This document shows positions 23,623 to 36,936 of a stretch of 64,000 nt of DNA, piece after piece. The notes below the pieces were generated by a model that had not been told where the DNA came from, searched no databases, and saw nothing but the letters and a program-made list of their open reading frames with translations. Position numbers and translations under genes: made by a program. The DNA is taken from positions 1,116,001-1,180,000 of the forward strand of contig CAVNZM010000006.1 of the NCBI GenBank assembly GCA_963693365.1. The letters are read 5' to 3'. The first letter of the stretch is position 1. The number at the start of each line of letters is the position of its first letter. This stretch comes from Amoebidium appalachense. Taxonomy: Eukaryota > Protista > Ichthyosporea.

Positions 23623-24361
23623 CGGTTTGGTCCGACACCTGTGGGGTTGGTTCCCACTTGTCGCTTACGGGGTCGTATGCACGACCTTCCGCCAGCGCGA
23701 ACAGTTCGCAGAAGAGCTCGATTTCCATCTCGCATCGGCGTTTGCGCTCGAGCAGTTTCTCACCAGAAAACATTGGTTCCTTCGTGTCCGTGTCTATCAC
23801 GCTCGTAGCATCGTTTTCCAACTTTGCGAGGAACTCTTTTGCCTTGCTGATGCGTACACGACAACGTGTGGCGCACGCATTCTTAGCAGACACTTTACGT
23901 TCTTTGTCTGCTTTCTGAATGTTTTCCGGCGCGCATGGGTCGTAGCTTGGGAGGTGGGTGAAGAAGCTTCCACACCCCTTTGTCGCGTCACGGATGAACG
24001 CACGGTTATAGTCGCCCCGTACTGCTACTTCCAGCACATCGTATCCAATGAAGGACAGACAAAGGATGCGAGAGCACCGGAAGCCGAGAGCCTTGAAGAT
24101 GGACCACATGGCCCTGTGTGGGCGTCTGCCGTGCTTGACTTTGAAATACACCCTCTCGTATTTGGGTGGGATGTTGATGTTACCGTTTGCTTGGGTGTTC
24201 CCCTTAGCCGGCGGTTTGGGAGGGGAGTTGCGGCGGTACTCGTTGCCTGCAAGAATGCTGGCATATGTTTCCTTGGCAATTTGGCGGAGCTCGGGTGTTT
24301 TACGAGAGTTCGCATATTCTAGGAACTCTGCCGGGAGCTGTGCTTCCGTGCGATGGGCACC
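23615..24361 (-). CDS. LINE family A ORF1 (probably 5'-truncated; no N-terminal ATG)
   Basis: Frame open from 24361 to TAA at 23615 (...KETYASILAG...VYFKVKH...SRILCLSFIGYDVLEVAVRGDY...PSYDP...). The stop overlaps the ORF2 start (ATGCCTAA). Confidence 0.7.
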   Translation of the reverse strand, partial: GAHRTEAQLPAEFLEYANSRKTPELRQIAKETYASILAGNEYRRNSPPKPPAKGNTQANGNINIPPKYERVYFKVKHGRRPHRAMWSIFKALGFRCSRILCLSFIGYDVLEVAVRGDYNRAFIRDATKGCGSFFTHLPSYDPCAPENIQKADKERKVSAKNACATRCRVRISKAKEFLAKLENDATSVIDTDTKEPMFSGEKLLERKRRCEMEIELFCELFALAEGRAYDPVSDKWEPTPQVSDQTDA

Positions 24362-25140
24362 CTACTATGCTGGAAAACTTTGACCTTTATATGGTTAAAG
24401 AAAAAACTTCTCTTTGATTGGTAAGGTCACCTTATACAACCAACCAATCGTTTCCGCGTTTTTGTTTAGCAAAAGCTGATTGGTCTTTTATTTACGCAAA
24501 TAATACGATATTCATAGATCGCTTCGAAACCTCGGGAGTTCACTTTCAGTCCAACCGTTTGATGCAAGCAGGGTTCGAAGGACGGTGGAGCCCATTAACG
24601 GAAGTCGAAATCCCGTTTCGGAAAACCACTTCGAAAATCGGAATGCTCCGTCGGAGCAGGTCCACCAAAAATCGTAATCGTCGTGCATCAGTAAACTAGG
24701 GCATGCTTATTTGTGCCTATATTGCATCAAAATGTTATTATAATGCATACTCAAAAACCCCTGTGGTTATTAGGCCTTCCTGGTGTTGGCAGTTGAAGCT
24801 TTGAAGGAATAAAAGGGAAATATGAAGTGCATAAATGCACAATATATATATATACATTTTGTCTACGCATATACCGTATGGTCACGTCCTCTTACACATA
24901 TGTGCGGCAGTGCCAGTGTATATGAGGATACATACTATGTTTGCATATGTATCTAGTTCCTGTGTGTGTCACTGTGTCCGTGGCCTTATTTTTTCCCAGT
25001 GCACACATTTTCTTTTATTTGATGAACATGATCATGAATCATGCCATCCCCCCTCTCCCCACCTCCCCTTTCAACTGAGCACATACACACACACAGACAT
25101 GCATACACACACAACATACACAGACATCCACACATCAGAC

Positions 25141-25910
25141 ACAGAACAGCTTCTAGCACGAGACATTTACCACAAATTTTATGGGGGGGATGGTGAATGT
25201 GCCCCTGGAGTACGAGGGTCACACGAAAGAAACACAACGCTGTAGCTCGTATAGAACCCCCCTTGCAGCATAGTATATGTACTTATGTTACCTAGAAATT
25301 ATTGGTTTTTTCAATAACTACCCACAGAACAGTCTCTAGCACGAGAGATTTACCACAAAGTTTATGGGGGGGATGGTGAATGTGCCCCTGGAGTACGAGG
25401 GTCACACGAAAAAAACACAACGTTGTAGCTCGTATAGACCCCCCCTTGTAGCATAGTATATGTCCATGTGTTACCTAGACATTATTGGTTTTTTCAATAA
25501 CTACGCACAGAACAGCCTCTAGCACGAGAAATTTACCAAAACGTTTATGGGGGGGATGGTGAATGGGCCCCTGGAGTACGAGGGTCACACGAAAAAAACA
25601 CAACGTTGTAGCTCGAATAGAACCCCTCTTGTAGCATAGTATATGTACATGTGTTACTTACACATTATTGGTTTTTTCAATAACTACCCACAGAGCAGCT
25701 TCTAGCACGAGAAATTTACCACAAAGTTTATGGGGGGGATGGTGAATGTGCTTCTGGAGTACGAGAGTCACACGAAAAAAACACAACAATGTAGCCCGGA
25801 TTGAAACCCCCCTTGCTTTGCCTCGAGTAAACAGCGTAAACCCCCTACCATATATATAATATATCATGCGGCATGTGTTACTTTCACGTTATTGGTTTCC
25901 TAGCACGAGA
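25141..25910. repeat. 183-bp tandem satellite, ~4.2 units
   Basis: Units begin acaga(a/g)cag..tctagcacgaga at 25141, 25324, 25507 and 25690; the fourth unit is interrupted at 25816 by a LINE 3' end. Confidence 0.92.
25816..25845 (+). mobile_element. 30-nt terminal fragment of LINE family A inside the satellite
   Basis: ctttgcctcgagtaaacagcgtaaaccccc is the exact reverse complement of 20107-20136. Confidence 0.8.
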
Positions 25911-26061
25911 TATTCAGCACACAGTTGGGGTTGTGGGGGCAGTGTACACCTACAATATCAGGGGTACCGCGCGGCAAAAACACCCCCCCGGGGGGGGGGG
26001 GGGGGGGGGGGGGTCACGTGTGCGATAGTGCACTAATTATTACGTTAACTAGGGCTAGGGT

Positions 26062-28956
26062 GTTTTTTTTATATTTTTTTTTATCACGCTTTGTTCCCGG
26101 AGGGCCCTCTAGGGAAACTACCGTCTACCACACAGCACCGACAGTACACTAGTTAAGGTGCTATCTATGAGTTCAGCTAAGCTAAACCATCCTTCACAAC
26201 CTAACTATAAGTACACACTTTGCCCAGGGCTACTACCCCAGCCACGCCGGCAGGAGGCTCCAGTCCTCCCCTCCATTCAAAACCTAACAATAAACGTTAA
26301 CCGAGGGCTCTCATTGGTCGATCTACAGTATTGGGAAGTCCTAGGTGTTGTGTATAATATTTACTGGTGGGTATGGGTGGATGATGGGGTGTGGTGGTGG
26401 TGGTGGTGGGGGGTTGCTGCCTAACATTATGTGTTGGTGTACGTATGTTGTGGCGATGTTTTTGTGGACTAAAAGGTGGGTTTTACAGGGCACACCGGGT
26501 CTGTGTGTGTTCCGGCAGTCAGAACAGGCCGGCCGGGTGTGTGTGGGGGGTGTATTTGTTGGTGTTTTGGGTTTTTGGAGAGCCATACTTTTCTTTCTAC
26601 GGGTGGCGGGTATATGGTGGTGTTTTTGCATTTTGGGGTGGGTGGGGGGGAGTGTTGTGTTCCGTGGGTGCCAAATTTTTGAAAAGAAAAAGGATTGCAA
26701 CTCTACTGTGATTTTTCCTAAGATGGCCCGGGTGGTGGTCTTGGTGGTGCCGGTGGCTGCAAGTAGTGGGCCCACCGATCGTGGGCAGAATCCCCGTTCG
26801 ACCCACTTGGTGTCTTCGGGGTCAGGTGGGTCACCGTTGCCTCCTATCCAGTTTATCCATGCACATTGGTCTACCACCGTGGCTGCCGTATGGTGGTGCT
26901 GTGCCGTGGGGGTGTTTGGATGACGAGTGTGCAGGATGTTGTGGATGCAGGCTGTGATGGCGGTGGTCAGGGTGGGGACTTCCCCGGCATGGGCCGGGCA
27001 GGCCCAGAGGTGGGTGGTGGTCTCAGGGTGCTGGCTGCACCGGGGGCATGTGGGCTGTGTAACGACGGTGGGGTGATCTCGGTGTAGCCGTGCCATGGTA
27101 GGCAGGGTGCCCATGGCCAGGGACAGGCTACGAGTGTTTCCTCTGACTGCCCCGATGGTTGCCTGTGTGGGCCCCTTGTTGAGCTTGAGGGGGTTCCGTT
27201 CGGCTGGGAGCAGTCTGGGGTCGGCTAGTATGGACATAGCCTTGGTCTTGCCGGCCATGTCGGTGAGGAAGTCCTTGTTCAACCGGTTCAGTGTACCGGG
27301 AATGTTGCCGGGGATACGGTGGCCTTGTAGTCGTAGGAAGTATTCCCCCCCCCCCCCGGGGCCGGAGGTAGGGGGGGGGGGGAGGGGGAGGACTCTTCCT
27401 GCATTGGCTGCCTTGTCTGCCTCGTTATTCCGTTGACCGTACCGTTTGGTGTTGGATTGGTGCCCCTTCACCCACGATACCTGTACAGAGCCTGGTTGCC
27501 GGAGAGAGAGTTGGTCTCGTACGTGAGCCCATTCCACTATGTGGGGGAACTTTAGCTTGCGTCGAGGGGGTGTGGTGGGGTCTATATTTGCCGTCCATCG
27601 GTCGACTACTCCGAGGTTATCGAGCTTGATGTGGATGGGGGTGGGGGTGGGGGTGAGCAGGAGGGCTAGTAGTACCCCTGTGAGTTCGGCTTGGGTGGAT
27701 GATAGGGCCGTATGGAGCCTGGTCTTGGCCGTCACTGGTGGTGCTTTCCGGTCCGGGGTGTCCAGTACCGCCCCGGCTCCGGCCTGGGCTATCCTCCTGC
27801 CCGGGTGGATGAGGCTGCCGTCCGTATAAACGGTGATCGGTTGGTCTGGGGGGATCAGGGTGCTTTGCTGCTGCCACTCGTCATAGGTGGCCTGGGGCAC
27901 CAAGTCGGTGTAGGTGAGCCTACGGGGAGTGGGTGGGCTCGGCAGGTCAGCCGGGTGGGCCGTGCACTTGTGTCCTGGTGGTGACCCCACCGGTGGTGGC
28001 TGCTGGGGGGGGGGGGTGGGCCGGGGAGGTCCCCCGGTAAGGGTGTGGCTTCCTCGTTGGCTTGCAGGTGGAGCATCTGGGGTGATGCCTGTTGGTGGGG
28101 GGGAAGATGCCGCCGAAAATGGTGTATCTTCCTCCACTGCTCGGCCGGATCGGAGCCATCCTTCAGTGCGATGACTTGGTAGATGTCGATACTGTCGGTG
28201 TTGATGAAGTCCTTGTGGTACTTCGGGACTACCATGTGGGTGGTGATTCGGGTCTTGAAGGCCACGTAGGGGTCTGCCCGTATCACCTCCACAGCACGGG
28301 TCCACCCCACACACTGCTTGTTGTGGGTGTGGTTATCGGCTGGGGGCTCAGGGGGCTCGTATTTGCTGTTGGTGCTGTCGGTGTTAGAGTCCTCTGAGTC
28401 GTCGGAGTCGTCGCTGGGCCCCGTCGACTCCGATTCTGGCTCCGTGTCTAACCCTTCCCCCTCTCCGTCTGCGTACCCGGGGTTGGGGGAGAGGGTGGCC
28501 GGGGTGTAGGCTAGGTTCCATGGGGAGTGGCCGTATTTGCAGTCACCAGGGCAAAAGCGGAAATGGGCTGTTCCATGTGGGTCGTTCCACGTGGGTCGGT
28601 GCCATCTCAGCCCCTCCTCCTCTGTGTTGTCCCGTAGATGGGCTATTTTGACCCAAGCCTCCCCGTTGTGGGTGGTGTGGGCCACCACCTGGCTGAGTTC
28701 GTATTGCCCGTTCTTGACTATTTCCACCACGAATGCACCGACGGGGTGGTTTGCCACGAGGTCAATGGTGTGGTGGGTGTGTGGTCTGGGTGCTGGCCGT
28801 AGTTTGTCTGCGATGGGGATGGCCCCCTTGATGATGGACCTGTACCACTGTGTAGCTCCCGGGTGTAGTAGGTCTGGGGGGTGGGGCAGTTCGGGGAACG
28901 CCCGGAACACCCCCGGCCGTACCATGGTGTCCTCCACCGTGTAGAGTTGGCGGGGG
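26062..28956 (-). mobile_element. 5'-truncated RNase H-containing non-LTR retrotransposon (family B) with 11-bp TSD
   Basis: TSD AGGGCTAGGGT at 26051-26061 and 28957-28967; A-rich tail (T-runs 26063-26082 on +); encodes the C-terminal part of an ORF2 without RT. Confidence 0.88.
26341..28937 (-). pseudogene. Family B ORF2 C-terminal half: RNase H + CCHC-type zinc knuckle, frameshift in a G/C run near 28010
   Basis: RNase H motifs ITVYTDGS, SSTQAELTGVLLAL, IKLDNLGVV, VSWVKGHQ..RNNEADKAA, then LPTMARL and CPRCSQHPETTTHLWAC. ORF 28937-27855 appears to join ORF 28314-26341 at the homopolymer. Confidence 0.85.
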
Positions 28957-29169
28957 AGGGCTAGGGTATAGCATCAACGTTATTATATGGGCTGCTGAAT
29001 TTCTTTGGTTGTACACCCGTCACCAGTCAATTTATTGGTGTTGGCGCCCACCTGTGACACCACCTCGGAAGACTGGGGTCACAAGTGGTGTACACGGCGG
29101 GTAAATATCACCAAACTGTAGCTGCAAAAGAAGGTGCAATTATGCATCACTGTCTGGTATTTGCCTATT

Positions 29170-29245
<76 letters not shown>

Positions 29246-29737
29246 ACCCGGCCCTCCCCCCCCCCCCCCCCCCCCCCCCTCCCCCCAGGCCTCTCCACAC
29301 CACACACACACGCACCACACACACACACTGCTGCAGAGCTACATGGATGCCATCACCATCACACGTGACGATATTTAATTAGTATTGGTGATATTGTACC
29401 AATATGTAACGTATATTGGTAATAGATAGTACATAGAATTTATATATCACACGAATATAAATAATACGAGAGCCATATGGGGACCCCATCCTGAATCGCA
29501 CGCACCCGTGTATACGGCGCGTTGAAGATGTACTCCATCAACCAACAATTAACATAACAACGAGTACACAGACCTGCCCGGGTGTACATACACGTCTGGG
29601 TGTTCACATCTTCCCCAACACATGACATTTCTACGTAAACCGGGGATAGGCCTCGAGTAAACAGCGCTAACGTTATAATTTAAGCTCCTTCGGAACGTAT
29701 GGCAACGGTGTCCGAAATATGTCCACCATATCGCCAA

Positions 29738-31088
<1,351 letters not shown>

Positions 31089-31578
31089 TATCGCCAACCT
31101 CACCGATCCGCCGAGAATCGATCCAATCACAATATGTACACCATGGGAATCCGCTTCTGATAGCAAATAGTGATTGGCTAAACCCAATCCGGTTTGCAAT
31201 TTTTTGTCCGTTTAACGACTAAATGTTCAAAACTAAATTTCCTCATATACCATATATGGTATATGAGACTATTGGTCCGTTATATCCCCACCAATCAAAT
31301 TGAGTGCGGCTCCCTCCCCACTCCCCCCCCCCCCCCTCCCCCCCCCCGGCCTGCACGGCAGGAGAAAAACAAGAAAAGAAGAAGAACATAGGGAAAAAAT
31401 GAATGAAAGAAAGAAAGAAGAAATGAAGTACGGAAAGAAAAGAAGCTGCATAAAAACAAAAGAAATCGGAAAGAAAGAATTTGCTTGAAAAGGGGGTCAC
31501 GGGGAGAGGGGCAGGAAGGGGTAGGGGGCTTGGTAAGGTGGGAAGAAGGAAAGCTTGGGGGTGGGGGTGGGGAGGGGA

Positions 31579-31632
<54 letters not shown>

Positions 31633-32370
31633 GCTTGTGTAGTAGCATTTTTCTCAGTTTTTGCGTGCGCAGATGCAGCTGGATGGGTGTGAAGAACATA
31701 CACACTGCATATTCCTATAGCTAGTTTCGGTTATAACTTATAATGTGTTTTGGTAAATATTCGTTCTCATCTCCCCATCTCACGGGTGATGTGACAGGCT
31801 TTGAACATCCCACGCAGCAAATTTCTTAAGGTCTAAGTCGAACAATAACTCACCTTGTGATGTCGTAATGACGTGGCTCAGAAGTAAATATAACTGGGCT
31901 CGAACTCAGCGGCACAGCCTAGATTGCGTTGTTAATGACACCTGATTTGCAGTCGCATGTGCAACCGAGCGCAATGATTGGTTTTACCCATATATGGTTC
32001 TATACATTTGTAGGCATTGCGGTTAATTAAAGATGCGCCAATTTTGGCCTATAGTCGTTTAGCCACAAGCCCGCTTGTGCTTTAAGTTAATGAAAGGTCC
32101 CGGCATGCATACACACAGGCACAGATTGTTTGTTGAAAGTTTAAGCTATTCCGCTGACGAATCTATCTTAGACCTTAAACTTCCCTCCAGCCCAAAGCAC
32201 ACTCTTTGCTGTGCATTCCGAAGTTTCCCCGATAGAGCATGAACAAATTAAACAATAGCAGAGTTTCAATACGACCCCTCCCAGCCCCCCCCCCCCCCCC
32301 CCCCCTCTCCCCCCCCAAACACACGCACGCGCCGCGTGACGCGCGCACGTGCACACACACATATACACTG

Positions 32371-32418
<48 letters not shown>

Positions 32419-32663
32419 ACACACTTACACACACACACACACACACACACACGGCACTTGCCCAGCACACCTAACCCATTTCCTACCACGTCCACTTAGT
32501 ACTAGTATCATATCGTATATATCCCCTTCTACTTCTCTTACCTCGTAACAATGGAAACATTACGACCAAGATAGAGTACTTTTGAAAATCGATTATCGAT
32601 TTGGTAGACGGTCGGCTGGGTTTGTGGGTAGGTAGGGGGGCTTGAATTTTTTTTTTTTTTTTT

Positions 32664-32726
<63 letters not shown>

Positions 32727-32782
32727 CTATGCTGCCGGGGATGGCCCATCGGGCCAGAAAACAACACATACGGCGACCCCCC

Positions 32783-32813
<31 letters not shown>

Positions 32814-33224
32814 AAAATAAAAAATAAGAGAAAAGAAAAAAAGAAAGAACGAAATAAGAAAACCTTGAAATAAATAAATAAAGAAAGAAAGAAAAAAAGA
32901 AGGATGGGGCGAGATAAAACTTCAAAAAGATCGTTGAAATGAAAATACCAAAAATAGATATGAATTTAGCAGTCGATGTCGCATTTTTATTTGCCCCCCC
33001 TCCCCCCCCCCCCTTCCTCCCCGGCCCACACATGCAGAAGTACTTTTTGTCTCCACGCGTATTAATATTTGAGCAACCGGTGAATGAGGCCGGATTTTCA
33101 AGCATTTAGAGACACTCCTCTTTCTTTCACACATCCCCATTAATAGTATACCACTAGCGTTCACACTAACCTGCCCCTCCCCCCGCCCCTCCTCCTTCTA
33201 CCCCCCCCCCCCTCCCCTCCTCCT

Positions 33225-33257
<33 letters not shown>

Positions 33258-33322
33258 CCCTTACTCCCTACCTACACACGACATCAAAGCACTCCATTTG
33301 CCCTCACACACAAAACAAGGTT

Positions 33323-33363
<41 letters not shown>

Positions 33364-33604
33364 CATTGGATGAGAATTGTTTTCCGATTAAGTGTGGGCA
33401 CCTCATAGTACAGGAGGATATTCTGGTAGATTCTGGCAAGAGGCTTCTATTCGATATGTTTTCAGTCATAGCATGCACTGTGACGGTGTGTGTGTGTGCG
33501 TGCGTGTGTGTTTTTGGGTTGGGGTGCTTAAGGATAAGGGTTCGCGAGAATGCAAGTATAGAGGAGGTTAAAAGTGGTGTATGAGTTCTGGAGGAGAGCC
33601 AGGT

Positions 33605-33636
<32 letters not shown>

Positions 33637-34688
33637 GGGGGGGGGGGGGGGGGGAGGAGGAGGGGAAGGGAGGGAGGTCAGAGGAGTTCTTCGAACAACT
33701 TGAAATGGTTGCGTTGAAAGATCACATCAAAGCTTATTTGTAAAGCTGTATAAACTGCCAGCTTCGAAACTACCCTTAAAGTTGGTTGTGTGCAAACGTC
33801 ACAGCCACAGCCACTCACAGACAGTAATGGGTGTAAAAAACACGTATGTTTGCTGTTCTTGCAGATTTTCTTTTTGGGCACTATAGAGAAAGTGTATGCA
33901 TTTCAAATTGCTGCTTACCAAAAACCCACGTTACAGCTATAATGGGCCCGGGGGAGAGTGGGGAGGGCAGAAGGGGGGAGGGCGTGGGTGGGTGGGGAGG
34001 TGGGGAGAGGAAGAAGGGGGGGGGGAGGATAAAATGGCAGAATCTATAGAGGCTCGTTGGCCGTGGCATCTGGCCTAATAGAATATAGATTTCCCGTACT
34101 GTACATTGCTGCAGTGAACTTGTACATGTGAACAGGCCGAAAGCATTCAGAATGTCAAAACTCAGTTCTCGACTACGAACATTTAGATGACATTTTTCAA
34201 GAGGGATTCTAGTGCGATAATGTGATGATGCACAACAAGTTTCTCTTGCAGAGGTGTGTGTGTGTGTGCTCGTATTTCTTTCTTTTTTTCTTCTTATTAT
34301 TCTTCTTCTTCCTTTTTTTTGGGGGGGGGGGGGGGGGGGGGAGGGGGGGGGGGGGGGGAAGGGGTGTGAGACAATGCGAGGCGGGATTGATAGTTCCTTG
34401 GGGGCAGGGGCAGTGGGGGAGGGGGAGGACCGTTCTAATTCAGTTTTTGGTTGAGGGAAATGGTGAGGGGAGGGGGGGGGGGCGGGGGTGGGGGGGAGGA
34501 GTGGAGAAAAAAAGAGGAGAGGGGGAGTCTCGGAGACCCGTGGTAGTATTTCCTTTCGCGCGCGGACATGCATGTTCTGTACATTTCTGTCTCCCGGTGC
34601 ACTCCCGGTGCTGATGTTATTCTGAATGAATGCAAACCGATCGGTCAGCAGTCTGCCTGTTACTTTTAAAGTTGTTCAAAGCGTTTCT

Positions 34689-34927
34689 ATTTTATCACAT
34701 TTTGTTCCCGGATGACCTTTGCAGGCCCTCGAGGGCACTATATACTACTACCGTCTACCACACGTGCCCCAAAAGTACACTAGCACTAGTTAGGGTGACA
34801 TCTAGATCTATGTGCTCAGCTAAGCTAGACCATCCTTCACAACCTTAATTATGGTACACACTTTGCCCAGGGTTACCACCCCAGCCTTTCCGGCTTGTCC
34901 AAAAGGTACTGCCCTAACCGCATGCAA
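34689..34927 (-). mobile_element. 3'-UTR-only copy of a family B-related LINE
   Basis: Colinear blocks shared with 26079-26270 (tttgttcccgga, actaccgtctaccacac, tcagctaagcta.accatccttcacaacct, gtacacactttgcccaggg.tac.accccagcc). Possible TSD cgtttct at 34682-34688 and 34928-34934. Confidence 0.75.
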
Positions 34928-35559
34928 CGTTTCTTTCGTGTTAGTTGATTTTAATAAGTCAGTGTAAAACGGAGGGGCTTTCTAGGTAGAAGTGTCGTAT
35001 CCCACCGGGCTACTATATACCGGTGACATATGGCCCTCTGTGTCTGAAGATTCTTCCTGAAAACCCAAGGTACATATAATTATGTATACGCAAAGCTGAG
35101 GAAAGAGCACGCATACTACCGTCATCAAATGCACGCCACCAGGAGAGAAAAGCGAATAGTATGAACTTTCAATTGGCAAACTCAGCAGAGAGGAAAGAGC
35201 CTGAGGGGACGAGAAATCTCACATTTCGAAACTCATTGAGGGCGGGGTCCACAGCCACTGGAGCGCATGACAACTTACATGAACACGACACTGTATCCGG
35301 AGTGAAGAAGTTTTGGGTCTACCTCTTGGTTACGCAATGGACGTTGGAGGGCAAGCTTGTGCCCTCGATGAATTCGAACAGAGAGGGTCTCCTGACCAGA
35401 AATACTTACATATACGGGTGCAAGCAGAACGCTGCCCGTGCGCCTGCATGCTGCCAGCTAAAGCCCGTATTCACCTTGGCGCGCAGTGCGCGTCTATCCA
35501 ATCGGTATGAGAGAGAAGTATGTTTACACTAAAAAAGGCAACACGTGAGGGTTACAGCG

Positions 35560-36210
35560 ATTCCTATTGGTTCTTATTCGGAACGCAAACATGCCACCAA
35601 AGAAAGACGTCCAATCAAATGACACGATCTATGTTCGTGTTCTGATTAGCCACTCACAATCTGTCAAATTTTTCGAACGTGAATGTGATTATCAGATCTG
35701 CGTGTAGAATTCTTTCTGCTGGCTGTATTTTCGCTTTCTTGACACGAGCTTTATGTTTTGCTTCATCGAAAACCACTACATACAGGTTTGCTTGAGCTCT
35801 CTTTTTTTTTTGGCAATAAATGTGCCGAAAACATGTATACGAATAGCGAACCGCCTAGGTCGATATGTGGTCTCACGGCCTGGGAAAACCAGGGTTCCTT
35901 ATTTTTCCGATGCACATATGCAATGCGGCGGACGGAGGCACGGTGACTTGCCAGAGAGCCCAGAAGCTGCAAGATTCTATTAGGAGCAGATAATCCGTAA
36001 ATAACCGCGGGTTTCTTGTGTGGTGGGTGATAATTGAACTTTCCAATTATAAGAGAATGGCTTAAATTACCTACAACACGGGCACCAAGAAGCCTGAGCC
36101 ATTTGGCAAGGCACCCCGTTCGTGCAGGGTTACAAACATTTGCAACGGTACAGAACTTACTTCGATCCTATTGGTTCCGGTTGGATCGTGCATTAACCAA
36201 TCAAATATCG
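35560..36210 (+). promoter_or_regulatory. Putative promoter region of the betaine lipid synthase gene (CCAAT/ATTGG cluster)
   Basis: Repeat-free stretch with several ccaatc/ctattgg boxes upstream of a candidate 5'-UTR intron (donor gtaagt at 36442, acceptor at 36936). Confidence 0.3.
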
Positions 36211-36551
36211 CCCTGCACCATGCACTGCATTCCGAGCTTTTCAGTGTCGTTGGAAAAGGGCCGGCTGTGTTTCGGTACATATATAACATCACCGCCCCCG
36301 ACCAAACATTCAGTTCAGACGTACATTACTTTACTCTGTACTGAACGTTGTGTGTTTCAGTTTTTTTTTCCGGCTTTTTACTTCTACCGGTATCTCGTTT
36401 ACCTTGGAAAGGCTTCACTAGCCCTCTTGCAAGGACCGAAAGTAAGTAACAAGGCCTAAACATGGGGTTTCTCTTTCTTTCTACTTTCATTTCGTTTTTC
36501 TAGGACCATCAGCTTGTGGAGGCTTTGCTGGTTGAGCACTATACCCTCTAG

Positions 36552-36606
<55 letters not shown>

Positions 36607-36936
36607 AAAAAAAAAAATCACCCCCCCCCCCCCCCCCAAACCCCAATTTCTTCTACACTTTTCTATACACAAAAACAAATTCCACTCCCAATTACAGAAG
36701 CCTCCTTCCTTTAACATTTTCCGAATACCCTGTATAGGTTTGCCCAGACCCAGGCAATCTGTCCCCATTCCCTCCTCCTCCTTCCTCCCCCCCTCCCCCC
36801 CCCCCCCCCCCCCCCGTCCAACCCATCCACCCACCCACCCACACCCCCTCCCCCCCCCTCCGCCGAGCACACCCCACGGCCACCCACCCAACCCCTTTCT
36901 TCTTCCCCTTCCTAACAAAATCTCTCACCAATCCAG

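Larger units (their letters stand above)
20107..24361 (-). mobile_element. Non-LTR retrotransposon (LINE, APE-RT type), family A, near full length and frameshifted
   Basis: ORF1 plus ORF2 (APE, RT, Cys/His-rich C-terminus) and a ~320-nt 3' UTR. The 3' end is defined by identity with the TSD-flanked sibling at 29738-31088. The 5' boundary is uncertain (possible 5-bp TSD CCGTG at 20102-20106 and 24346-24350). Confidence 0.92.

Noticed and set aside
20107-25845. DNA transposon bounded by 30-bp TIRs
   Set aside because: No transposase and no TSD around the pair. The right repeat interrupts a satellite that continues beyond it, and the same sequence is the TSD-defined 3' end of a LINE. Kept only as an alternative in the findings.
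25141-25910. CRISPR array interpretation of the 183-bp repeat (and of the 41.2-41.7 kb array)
   Set aside because: Whole units are repeated or the spacers are low-complexity C-tracts; there are no unique spacers or cas genes, and the context is eukaryotic.
35541-35550. CACGTG as a Pho4-type phosphate-starvation box upstream of BTA1
   Set aside because: Single site; CACGTG is very common in this CA/TG-rich sequence.
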